Source: an uncultured Bacilli bacterium
Lineage (GTDB): Bacteria; Bacillota_I; Bacilli_A; RF39; UBA660
Direction of reading: 5' to 3'
DNA length: 64,000 bases
Assembly (NCBI GenBank): GCA_947598325.1
Contig: CANQFD010000001.1
Coordinates: 48,217-112,216, forward strand
This document shows positions 18,312 to 30,314 of this stretch, in pieces. Position numbers and translations under genes: made by a program. Within the stretch, counting starts at the first letter, position 1, and each line of letters starts with the position of its first letter. Under the pieces are notes generated by a model. It was not told the origin of the DNA and searched no databases. It was given only the letters and a program-made list of their open reading frames with translations.

Positions 18312-20015
18312 TTATACTGATTCTTCATCTATTATATCTTGAACTTTATAAAGAACATCAAAAACAGATATTTCTGTAATTTCATCTCTATCTCTTCTTT
18401 TTAATTCAACAATATGTTCAGATATTTTTCTTCCAACAGTAATTCTAATTGGGATTCCAATCAAATCCATATCATTAAATTTAACTCCTGCTCTCTCATT
18501 TCTATCATCTAATATTACATCTATATTTGCTTCTTTAAATATCTGGTATAAATGATTAGCAGCTTCTACTTGTTCTTCATTTTTCATATCTATAATTACT
18601 ATTGCTACTTTGTATGGAGCAATACTCATTGGCCATATAATACCTTTTTCATCATTCTTTTGTTCTACAATCGCAGACATACATCTTCCTACTCCGATAC
18701 CATAACTTCCCATTAAAACAGGTTTTAAATTATTATCTGAATCTGTAAATTTTAAATCAAAACATTCTGAATATTTAGTTCCAAGTTTAAAAGTATTTCC
18801 TATTTCTATTCCTTTTTTAAATACTAATTTTGATCCACATTTTGGACATAAATCTCCTTCTTTAACATCTCTTATATCCGCTACTACATCATATTTAAAA
18901 TCTGTTATATTTACATTTTTATAATGATATCCTATTTTATTTGCTCCAACTATAAAATTTACCATAACTGAAACTTCATTATCCATTATAACTGGGATAT
19001 CAAGATTTATTGGACCAATATTTCCAGGCTCACAATGTGTAACTTTTTTAACTAATTTATCTGAAGCAAGCTCCAATTTTGTTGCATTTAATATTTTTTG
19101 TAATTTTGTTTCATTAACTTTAGAATCACCTTTAATAACAATAGCATATGGTTTATCATCTATTTTATATATTAAAGTTTTAACAAGTTTACTAGGTGCT
19201 TCATTTAAATATTCTGATACCTCTTCTATAGTTTTAGCATCTTTTGTTTCAATTAAGTCTTTTTCTAAAGGTTTTTCAGTACTTTCTCCTTCAGGTGTTA
19301 TTGATTCAGATACTTCTAAATTTGATGCATATTCACATGAATCACAAAAAACTAATGTATCTTCACCAATATCAGATATAGCTTGAAATTCTTCTGATAA
19401 CAATCCACCCATCGCACCTGTATCTGCTCTTACTATTTTGTAATTTAAACCAAGTCTTCCAAAGATTTTTTTATACGCATTAAACATTTCGTTATATGAA
19501 TTATCTAATCCATTTAAATCTTTATCAAAAGAATAAGCATCTTTCATTATAAATTCTCTTACTCTAATAAGTCCATATCTTGGTCTTGCTTCATCTCTAA
19601 ACTTAGTATTCATTTGATATAAAGTAAATGGTAAATTTTTAAAAGATTTTGTTGCCGCTAAAGCTGCTATTGTAAACAATTCCTCATGAGTTGGACCAAG
19701 TACATATTTTTTATCATATCTGTCTTCTAATGAAAACATAGACTTTCCAAATAAATTTAATCTATTAGACTGCTCATATATATCACTACTAATTAAACAT
19801 GGTAATAATACTTCTTCACTATTAATTTTATTCATTTCTTCTCTTATTATATTTTCTATATTCTTAAGAACCTTATATCCAAGAGGTAAATACATATAAA
19901 TTCCAGAAGATGTTTTCTTAATCATACCACTTCTAACTAATAAGTTTCCAGAAGTACTATCCTCATCTTTTATATTTTCTCTATTTGTATAAAAGAAACT
20001 ATTTTTTAATTTCAT
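18312..20015 (-). CDS. proS: Proline--tRNA ligase (bacterial type with an editing insertion domain).
   Basis: Class II motifs, an INS/editing domain, and the C-terminal anticodon-binding domain. The N-terminus reads FYTNRENIKDEDSTSGNLLVRSGMIKK. Confidence 0.9.
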   Translation of the reverse strand: MKLKNSFFYTNRENIKDEDSTSGNLLVRSGMIKKTSSGIYMYLPLGYKVLKNIENIIREEMNKINSEEVLLPCLISSDIYEQSNRLNLFGKSMFSLEDRYDKKYVLGPTHEELFTIAALAATKSFKNLPFTLYQMNTKFRDEARPRYGLIRVREFIMKDAYSFDKDLNGLDNSYNEMFNAYKKIFGRLGLNYKIVRADTGAMGGLLSEEFQAISDIGEDTLVFCDSCEYASNLEVSESITPEGESTEKPLEKDLIETKDAKTIEEVSEYLNEAPSKLVKTLIYKIDDKPYAIVIKGDSKVNETKLQKILNATKLELASDKLVKKVTHCEPGNIGPINLDIPVIMDNEVSVMVNFIVGANKIGYHYKNVNITDFKYDVVADIRDVKEGDLCPKCGSKLVFKKGIEIGNTFKLGTKYSECFDLKFTDSDNNLKPVLMGSYGIGVGRCMSAIVEQKNDEKGIIWPMSIAPYKVAIVIIDMKNEEQVEAANHLYQIFKEANIDVILDDRNERAGVKFNDMDLIGIPIRITVGRKISEHIVELKRRDRDEITEISVFDVLYKVQDIIDEESV

Positions 20016-20084
20016 AATTCACGCTCCTAAAACATTTAAATTATAACAAATTTACATTATATTTTCAATAAAAAATAATAAGTC

Positions 20085-22427
20085 TTACTTCTTATCATTT
20101 TTTAAAATTTCTTTCATAATAACATACCCTACTAATATTATACCTGATATTAATAATAAAAGTGCTAATATGAAATTATTTTTGATTGTAAATAACTTAA
20201 TTATAAATGTAACTATTAGTGTTATAAAGCCTAAGTATGTAAACTCATTTATCTTTCTTCTATATCCAATAAATAGATATATAGATGATAAAATCAAATT
20301 TATAAGTGTCATTAATATGCTTGTTATATGTAATGAATAAATGTATAGTAATGTAAATATCAATATTTGAATAGTTGTTTTATTACTTTTAGTTTTAAAA
20401 TTTATTATTTTCTCTGTAAATATAAATGAATATATTATTGCCATTAAAATATATATTTCTCCTAAAATATTTTTAACTATGTCAATATTTTCTATTATAT
20501 TACTAATAGGAATTAAACAAAGTATTGAATATGCGAATATATTTTTATCATCATCTATTTCTGCTAAATACATTGTAATTAATATTATTATATATAATAC
20601 AAGTATTATAATATTAGACAATGATACAATTCCTATTAAATTTTCTACTATATTACTTAATATATTAAAACCTATTAATATAAATATAAATTTTGTAAGT
20701 GGATGATTTTTTTTAATTATAAATTCAAAATAGTATATAACTAGATATAATATAAAATTGAAAATTAATCCTATAACATTATATGTATTTAAATCAAACA
20801 TAGAAGCAATTACAATTAAAATTAAACTGATTATATATAAAATATTATAATTTATCTTATATTTCTTAAATAATAAATAAACAAGTAATAATAAGGCAGA
20901 TATAATTAGCAAGCTATAATATAAATCTAAATTTATATTATTTATAATATTAAATAAATTGATAATACTACAAGCCCCTAAAAAGTTCCTTACTCCTTTT
21001 TTATCATTTAAAATTAATTTGCAAACAAAATAGAATATCCATAAACCTTCTATTAACATAAGTAGTAATATACTAGTATTATTAATAAGTGATAAAGGTA
21101 TTAAAAATGTATAAGATAAAATCTCATATATTACGTTTAATTTATTATTTTTATTCTTTAAGACATAATACATCGCATAAAATAATAAACTTGCAATTAA
21201 CACTATATATCCTGTTTGGAATAAGAATATATATTTTAATATTGTAAATATAAAATAATAGATTAATAATGGAATTATAATATTAATAAACATTCTATAA
21301 TTTTTATCATCTTCTATTTTAAGAATAAATAATAGTGATAATAGTAATAATATTGAAGTTATTATTGATGTTTTATAAACTGAAAATGTATTTAAACCCT
21401 CCATTAATTTAATAAATATACTAAGGCAAGCTATGGCAAAGGTTATTAATTTGAAATTTTTACTATTTAATAAGTAACTTATAAATAATTGAAGTATAAC
21501 GCTAAGTGAAAATATATAAATGATTAAATTTTGATTATTATTAAATATTGTATATAAGAATGAAGATAAAAGGATCGTTATTAAAACTGGGCAATATACA
21601 CTAAATACACCATCTTTTTTATGAAGTAAAATTACGTAACAATTAATTATATAGGCAATATTAATCATTATAATACATATAAAATTTGAAATGGAAGTTT
21701 CATTATATGAAATTATAAATATTAAAGTTATTATTAGTAATATTTTCATATAATTACTAAAACAGTCAAAAATTTTATTTTTATATTTTAAACTAACTAT
21801 ACTAATAATAAGATTAAATAACATTACTATAACAAATAATAAATCGCAATTATTATTAAAATATTTATTAATATTAAATGATACTAATATACATATAAGT
21901 AATAAGTCTATAAGCGGACAAATAATATATAGATAAATATTAGATTTAACAAATTTATAGCTAATATAATATAAGATTATACATAGTAGACTGCTTATAG
22001 CTAAATATACTGAAAAATAAGCACCATAAAATGATAAATTTTTACCAAATAGTTCATAATTTGGTATCATAATTAATATTATAGGGATAAAAATCATACC
22101 AATAAACCAAAGAGATTTAAATCCACTTTCCGAACCTCTTTTTTTAGATAAAATAGATGATATGAAAAATATTAATGATAAAATGAAAATAAATAATACT
22201 TTAAATAAACCATTTAAATAATCCCATGACATAAATGAAAAAATAATACCTGCAATTATTATAAATAATATTCCGATTTTTAAAATTAAATTTTCTTTTT
22301 TTGCTTCTCTTATCTTATTTCTTTCATTTTGAATCAATTCTTTACCTTTTTTTGTTGGGTAGCCACATTTTTTACAATAATTAGAATCTTCTTTTATTTT
22401 AGAACCACACTTTATACAATATTTCAT
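20085..22427 (-). CDS. Large polytopic membrane protein (about 24 TM helices) with an N-terminal cytoplasmic zinc ribbon.
   Basis: The N-terminus reads MKYCIKCGSKIKEDSNYCKKCGYP, a CxxC-x11-CxxC pattern. The rest is about 750 aa of hydrophobic helices. The function is unknown. Confidence 0.6.
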   Translation of the reverse strand: MKYCIKCGSKIKEDSNYCKKCGYPTKKGKELIQNERNKIREAKKENLILKIGILFIIIAGIIFSFMSWDYLNGLFKVLFIFILSLIFFISSILSKKRGSESGFKSLWFIGMIFIPIILIMIPNYELFGKNLSFYGAYFSVYLAISSLLCIILYYISYKFVKSNIYLYIICPLIDLLLICILVSFNINKYFNNNCDLLFVIVMLFNLIISIVSLKYKNKIFDCFSNYMKILLIITLIFIISYNETSISNFICIIMINIAYIINCYVILLHKKDGVFSVYCPVLITILLSSFLYTIFNNNQNLIIYIFSLSVILQLFISYLLNSKNFKLITFAIACLSIFIKLMEGLNTFSVYKTSIITSILLLLSLLFILKIEDDKNYRMFINIIIPLLIYYFIFTILKYIFLFQTGYIVLIASLLFYAMYYVLKNKNNKLNVIYEILSYTFLIPLSLINNTSILLLMLIEGLWIFYFVCKLILNDKKGVRNFLGACSIINLFNIINNINLDLYYSLLIISALLLLVYLLFKKYKINYNILYIISLILIVIASMFDLNTYNVIGLIFNFILYLVIYYFEFIIKKNHPLTKFIFILIGFNILSNIVENLIGIVSLSNIIILVLYIIILITMYLAEIDDDKNIFAYSILCLIPISNIIENIDIVKNILGEIYILMAIIYSFIFTEKIINFKTKSNKTTIQILIFTLLYIYSLHITSILMTLINLILSSIYLFIGYRRKINEFTYLGFITLIVTFIIKLFTIKNNFILALLLLISGIILVGYVIMKEILKNDKK

Positions 22428-22497
22428 AAAATCATCTCCATTTACTTATATTATATAATAATTTTTACCAAAATAAAAGAGACTTAATCTATTCTAT

Positions 22498-23805
22498 TTA
22501 GAAAGTCATCTTAGTAGAGTTTGGATTTAATACTGCTTGTGTATTTTGATATGCAAGTTTTTTAATTGCTAAATTTTCGTCAGGTAAATATGCAGCACAT
22601 GATTTTGTATATTTTGTTCTTCTAAGTTTTTTTACTGCCTGTGCTTCTATTTGTCTTGCCCTTTCTGTTTCTACACCAATAATAGTAGCTATTTGTTTAT
22701 ATTTATAACCTTTATAGTATCTATACGTAATAACTTTCATTTCATTTTTTGTTAAATTAGCACTATTTATAACTTTTTTTAGTATATCAGACATAGATTC
22801 GTTTAATACTATATCTTCAGGTGTAGATGTATTTGATGGAATATAGTCTCCATATTCAGCTTCTGAATCTTCTTTTATTTTTGCATCTATTCTCACAGGT
22901 TCTCTTTTTAAATTATACAATACTTTTGCTTGATCTTCTGATATACCTAATCTATCTGCAATTTCATATAGTGTTGGTGTTCTACCTAATATTCTCATTA
23001 ACTCATCTTCTGCGGCAGTATAACTATTTATTTCTTCATATTTATTTCTTGGAATATAATAAATTTTGCTTTGTTTTGCAAGTGCTATAATAATGTATGA
23101 TCTAATCCAGCAAGATGCATATGTAGAAAATTTATATCCCCTATTTGGATCAAATTTTTCTACTGCTTTTAAAAGTCCTAAATTACCTTCCTGAACCAAA
23201 TCTAAAAAATCCATACCTTTATTTAATTTTTTATTTGCAATTGCTACAACTAATTTTAAATTTCTTTCAACAAATTCATCTTTAGCTTTTTTATTTCCTT
23301 TTTTAACTTCATATGCAAGCATTCTTTCTTCGTCTTTAGTTAATATAGGCATATTAATTTCTCTCATGTAATATTTTTCTAAATTATCTGTGTATTCTAC
23401 ATTAGGTCTTATACTTTTAGCTGAAGATTCAGTTTTCTTTTCATTGTACACGTCTATATTATTTATAATACAATATGTTTCTACCCATAAATTTAACATA
23501 TCATTATCAAATAATTCTACACAATCATTGTTTTTTATTACATCTAATTTTTTATCTACAACAACTTTTAATAAATTTGCAACAATAGTATTTTTATTTA
23601 TTAATTCAAAAATAACTGAAAAATCATTAATACTATTTTTATAGAAAAATAATGAAAGTTTTTGTAACTCTTTTATAGCAATATTATAATCAGCAGAAAA
23701 ATTTATGTTATTTTGTTTTATATAATCATTTATATCAAAAACTACCTGCTTCATACCACACCTCTTTTTAGCGGTTATTCTAGCACAATCTATAATATAT
23801 GTCAA
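22498..23805 (-). CDS. Sigma-70 family RNA polymerase sigma factor. It is a divergent SigA-like paralog with extensions at both ends.
   Basis: Regions 1.2-2.4 read YMREINMPILTKDEE.., LKLVVAIANKKLNKGMDFLDLVQEGNLGLLKAVEKFD and YKFSTYASCWIR. Region 4.2 reads KQIATIIGVETERARQIEAQAVKKLR. The canonical RIPVHM block is replaced by YIPRNKY. The 140-aa N-terminus is not acidic. It has its own TTGACA-17-TAGAAT promoter. Confidence 0.75.
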   Translation of the reverse strand: MTYIIDCARITAKKRCGMKQVVFDINDYIKQNNINFSADYNIAIKELQKLSLFFYKNSINDFSVIFELINKNTIVANLLKVVVDKKLDVIKNNDCVELFDNDMLNLWVETYCIINNIDVYNEKKTESSAKSIRPNVEYTDNLEKYYMREINMPILTKDEERMLAYEVKKGNKKAKDEFVERNLKLVVAIANKKLNKGMDFLDLVQEGNLGLLKAVEKFDPNRGYKFSTYASCWIRSYIIIALAKQSKIYYIPRNKYEEINSYTAAEDELMRILGRTPTLYEIADRLGISEDQAKVLYNLKREPVRIDAKIKEDSEAEYGDYIPSNTSTPEDIVLNESMSDILKKVINSANLTKNEMKVITYRYYKGYKYKQIATIIGVETERARQIEAQAVKKLRRTKYTKSCAAYLPDENLAIKKLAYQNTQAVLNPNSTKMTF

Positions 23806-23925
23806 TTTTAATCATTCAAGATATATATCTAAAGTAACTATAAAATAAGGATATCAATTGAAATTACTAGTTACTATTACATATATATAATTTACTTTTT
23901 TTATCAAGTTTTTATATATAAATAG

Positions 23926-26493
<2,568 letters not shown>

Positions 26494-26756
26494 CCTTTCA
26501 TCTATGTATTTTATAATAACTTTATTTGCAAATGTCTCCTTATAAAAATAAAAAACCTATGAATCTAAGGGCGCTTAAATGCGTGGTACCACCTTAGTTC
26601 ATAGATTTACTATGCACTTTAGTCTTTAACGCTAGACATACGTTTTAAGCTCATAAGCAACCTTCAAATACTTGTTATATTCATTTCCACCAACCATGAA
26701 CTCTCTTAAAATAACTTATATCCTACTCCTCTTAAGTCAACGCTTTTTATAAACTA
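26494..26756 (-). promoter_or_regulatory. T-box riboswitch leader of valS.
   Basis: The minus strand carries a consensus promoter (TTGACA-17-TATAAT, 26757-26785), an AGAGA box, the T-box sequence AAGGTGGTACCACGC, and a terminator hairpin CTATGAACTAAGG..CCTTAGATTCATAGG followed by TTTTTT. Confidence 0.7.
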
Positions 26757-26789
26757 ATTATATATTTAAAAAACCACATTGTCAAATAA

Positions 26790-28616
26790 TTATTTTTTAT
26801 TTTTTTCTTTATTAAATATATTTACTTGATTTTTCATTTCTTTTAATATATTATCCTTACCATCTACATAGTATTCAAATTCTTTATCTACTACTTTCAT
26901 AAATTTATCTTTACCTACAACAAAATCATACTGATTTACATTTTTTAAAAAATCATTTTTACTATCATTCATATTAACATAATATACTTTAATATTGTTT
27001 TCTAAATATTGATTAATAAATGTATAATATTCATTTTTATTTTTTTTATTATTTTTATAAAATAATACATAATATTCAGGGTCATCTAAATTAAATATAT
27101 CAGAGCCATTTATTTCATTAAATTTATACTTTTTATTTAACTCAGATATTTTATATTCTTCATGATTGATTGGAACTGCATCAGGATCATATGAATATAT
27201 TACGCATCCTATTAATAGTACTATAAATATAAAAAACAAAAATATTAATATATAGGAAAAGAATGAACTTTTTATCTTTTCTGGTTTAGGTGTACTAACC
27301 TTTTCTTCTTTCTCTTCTTTTATGTCCAATAATTTATCAATTACACTATCTATTTCATCTGTATTATCAATTTTTGAATACAATAGTGTCTTTAGAGGTT
27401 TTTCTAATTTAGATGGTTCTTTATCTAAATTATAGCCACCACTTATTCCAATAAATTCTTTTGTTATTTTTTTATTATTATATTTTTCTATTCCAGATGT
27501 TTGAATTATATAATTAGTTAAATAATCATTAGGTACATTTTTAAATTCAAATGTGTATTTAAATTTAAAAATATAGTATTCTAATTTTCCAATTACCTTT
27601 TTCTTTAAAAATTTTAAGTTTTTAATATCATTTCTATATGCAGTTTGAATCATGAAATTAATATAAAAATCTGATTTTGCTAATAACTGTTTTTTATTAT
27701 ATTTAACAGGAAATAAATCTTTCATATTATAGTAATCTAATAAATCAAATAGAGGGTATCTACTAGCATCATCTTTTGCTATTGATTCTAGATTAAGTTT
27801 CTTTATATTTTTACCCTTTTTTAGATAATTTTCTAATATGAATAAATTTAATTGATTATCATTTTTCTTAAATAACTCATCAAGTAACTTTTGTGTTGTT
27901 TTAGTAGAAACATAATTTTCAATATTAACACATATTTCTAAAAAGAATCTTAAATCTAAATATTCCTTATTTTGAAGAGCTTTTGTTGTATTTGAAAAAT
28001 TATATTTTAACCCTTCATTAAAAACCTTATTTATACAACTTACTATTAATCTTTTATTTTTCTTTAAATCTTCATCATTTACTGTACCATTATTTAAAGA
28101 GCTATTTAGAACAATCAAAATATTATTTTTTATATATTTAAATCTAAGCGCTTTATACAACTTTGGGAATAATATATTATATAATTCTGGTCTTTCAAAT
28201 AAATTATTTATTGGAATAAAATCTCTATCTTTATAATATTTTAAAATCAAATCAACATATAAATTAAGAGCACTTTCATTATTTATACCACATAACAAAA
28301 ACAATATTCTATTTTGGGTATCTAATGACGTCTTATTAAATATTTTTTTAATTTCTAAAGAATATTCATCATAATAATTTTTAAAGCATTGAGATATTAA
28401 TATAGAAGCGATTTCATCATTTTCAGATGCTTCCCCATAATTATATTTTAATGAATCTATTAAAAATAGACCTATTTTTTTTGTTACTTTAATTTTTTCT
28501 ATTTTTTTACATGCTTTAATTTTAGAATATGAATCTTTATTTTTTAGAATTTCTATTATCTTAGAAACCTTGTTTAATTTTATTTGCTCTATCAATTGTT
28601 TTATCATAAAGATCAC
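26790..28616 (-). CDS. Hypothetical single-pass membrane protein: a 460-aa cytoplasmic domain, one TM helix, and a ~125-aa Tyr-rich exo-domain.
   Basis: ORF with a TM segment FFSYILIFLFFIFIVLLIGCVIYSY. I recognise no motif. Confidence 0.45.
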   Translation of the reverse strand: MIFMIKQLIEQIKLNKVSKIIEILKNKDSYSKIKACKKIEKIKVTKKIGLFLIDSLKYNYGEASENDEIASILISQCFKNYYDEYSLEIKKIFNKTSLDTQNRILFLLCGINNESALNLYVDLILKYYKDRDFIPINNLFERPELYNILFPKLYKALRFKYIKNNILIVLNSSLNNGTVNDEDLKKNKRLIVSCINKVFNEGLKYNFSNTTKALQNKEYLDLRFFLEICVNIENYVSTKTTQKLLDELFKKNDNQLNLFILENYLKKGKNIKKLNLESIAKDDASRYPLFDLLDYYNMKDLFPVKYNKKQLLAKSDFYINFMIQTAYRNDIKNLKFLKKKVIGKLEYYIFKFKYTFEFKNVPNDYLTNYIIQTSGIEKYNNKKITKEFIGISGGYNLDKEPSKLEKPLKTLLYSKIDNTDEIDSVIDKLLDIKEEKEEKVSTPKPEKIKSSFFSYILIFLFFIFIVLLIGCVIYSYDPDAVPINHEEYKISELNKKYKFNEINGSDIFNLDDPEYYVLFYKNNKKNKNEYYTFINQYLENNIKVYYVNMNDSKNDFLKNVNQYDFVVGKDKFMKVVDKEFEYYVDGKDNILKEMKNQVNIFNKEKNKK

Positions 28617-28715
28617 CTTTGTTTCATTATATCAAATAACTATTAAAAAAAAAAGAAATTATTTAAATATTTAATGTAAAATTTTTTGTCTATATTTTAA
28701 TAAAAATAAACTTTT

Positions 28716-29138
28716 TTATTCTATACTACCTCTTTCATACTCAACACTATCTACATTTCTTAAGTCAATATTAGTCTCTGTATATATTTTTGTCATATCT
28801 CCCTTTTTTAACTCTAATCCAACGTATCCTAAAAGAGTTGTAATTATATTTCCATTTTTATCTTTAAATATTATATTTATATATTCTATATCGTTACTAT
28901 CTAGATTATTAGTTACATCCGCAGAAAATGTAGAAGTTTTATTTTTAGATATTGTTAAAGAAACATTTGTAATATTTAAATTTTCTAGAGTTTGGTCTTT
29001 AATAACATTAACATTATTGTTTAATTCTATATTTTTTTGTTTTGGTTTTGAATTTATACTATTATATATAAAAAATAAGATTAATAATGATAATAAAATA
29101 ATTATAATTATAATATATTTTTTTTTCATTTTTACCAC
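28716..29138 (-). CDS. Hypothetical small exported or membrane-anchored protein.
   Basis: 140 aa with an N-terminal signal anchor. Confidence 0.4.
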   Translation of the reverse strand: MVKMKKKYIIIIIILLSLLILFFIYNSINSKPKQKNIELNNNVNVIKDQTLENLNITNVSLTISKNKTSTFSADVTNNLDSNDIEYINIIFKDKNGNIITTLLGYVGLELKKGDMTKIYTETNIDLRNVDSVEYERGSIE

Positions 29139-29238
29139 TCCTATATATTTGTAATTATTTTAACATAAAAATAATTAATAATAAAGTTTTATGTACCTTA
29201 AAAAGTTACTTTACATAAAATAATATAGGTGGTTAAAT

Positions 29239-29433
29239 ATGATGAATTTTTTTCAAAATCTACTTCTTAATACTAAAAGATTAATATGTTTTTTACTAGG
29301 AGTAGCATTTTTTATAATTTTAACTTATCAAATTATATTGTTATTATTTATAACAACACCAATAAATGCAGTATTATTATTAATAATTTTTTGTTTATTA
29401 TGTACAAGTTTCTTTTTCTTTTTTAGATGCTAA
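29239..29433 (+). CDS. Possible small two-TM membrane protein (64 aa).
   Basis: An AGGTGG RBS lies 8 nt upstream. The gene converges on ysxE. Confidence 0.25.
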   Translation: MMNFFQNLLLNTKRLICFLLGVAFFIILTYQIILLLFITTPINAVLLLIIFCLLCTSFFFFFRC

Positions 29434-30314
29434 GAGTCTATATTATTATCCTTTGGTGTTATTAAATATTCAGTTTTATATATTCTATCTAGTAATTTTC
29501 TAACACCAAGTACAGTTTTATATTCATTTTCAAAAACAAATAATTTATCTGGTACTGAAATTAATACAAACATAAGCATTTTTTCTTCTTCTAATAAAGG
29601 ATAAATTCTTTCATATTCATCTAAAAGTATCTCAAAATCAAAATCTAATGCATATTCATTATAAAAGTTTACTAAATCATATATTGGAATATCTGTTTTG
29701 CTATTTTCAAAACTTATTAAATAAGTATTATTATTTTTAATCAAATTATCTAATTTTAAATTATTATGAAGGGTAACTACCCTTTTTCTTTTTTTATCTT
29801 TTACAAGTTCATACCATTCATCTAATTTATATTTACAATAATTTATACATTCAAATATTTTAGATATATTTCTTGCAATTAAATATTCTGAAGGGCTCAT
29901 ATATATATTTGATTCAATTACATTAATTATATCCTTATAATAATTATCTATATACTCTATTCTTTGTTTTGTTTTTTCATATATATTTTTATATTCATCA
30001 TAATCAATTTCTTTATAGTAAGTAGTTTTACTATGAAGAAGAGAAACTAAATGAATCAGATCAAATGCTTTTTGACTACTATCATAATCTATATCTTCTA
30101 AATATTCAAACATTATATTATTATCATCATAATCAACAATTTTAGGAAAATAATCAAAATTTCTTGATAATAAATATCTATATATATTATTACCCTTATT
30201 GTTTTTTAAAGCAAATTGGCCTAAAGGTGTATCCACTATAGTAGTCTTACCTTTTATAGTGTATTTACTTGCCTTTAGACCATTCCTATCTAGTAATTTT
30301 TTAAACTGTTTCAT
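29430..30314 (-). CDS. ysxE: CotS/YsxE-family spore coat protein (a fold like phosphotransferase kinases).
   Basis: VVTLHNNLKLDNLI is a catalytic-loop-like block (compare HGDLHxxN). It sits directly downstream of spoVID and overlaps it, the ysxE-spoVID pairing known from B. subtilis. Confidence 0.4.
   Translation of the reverse strand: MKQFKKLLDRNGLKASKYTIKGKTTIVDTPLGQFALKNNKGNNIYRYLLSRNFDYFPKIVDYDDNNIMFEYLEDIDYDSSQKAFDLIHLVSLLHSKTTYYKEIDYDEYKNIYEKTKQRIEYIDNYYKDIINVIESNIYMSPSEYLIARNISKIFECINYCKYKLDEWYELVKDKKRKRVVTLHNNLKLDNLIKNNNTYLISFENSKTDIPIYDLVNFYNEYALDFDFEILLDEYERIYPLLEEEKMLMFVLISVPDKLFVFENEYKTVLGVRKLLDRIYKTEYLITPKDNNIDS

Noticed and set aside
20085-23805. Calling the zinc-ribbon membrane protein an anti-sigma factor outright.
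   Set aside because: Only adjacency and a generic zinc ribbon support it. The membrane protein has its own candidate promoter, and its size (about 24 TM helices) is unlike any known anti-sigma factor. I kept it as a low-confidence hypothesis only.
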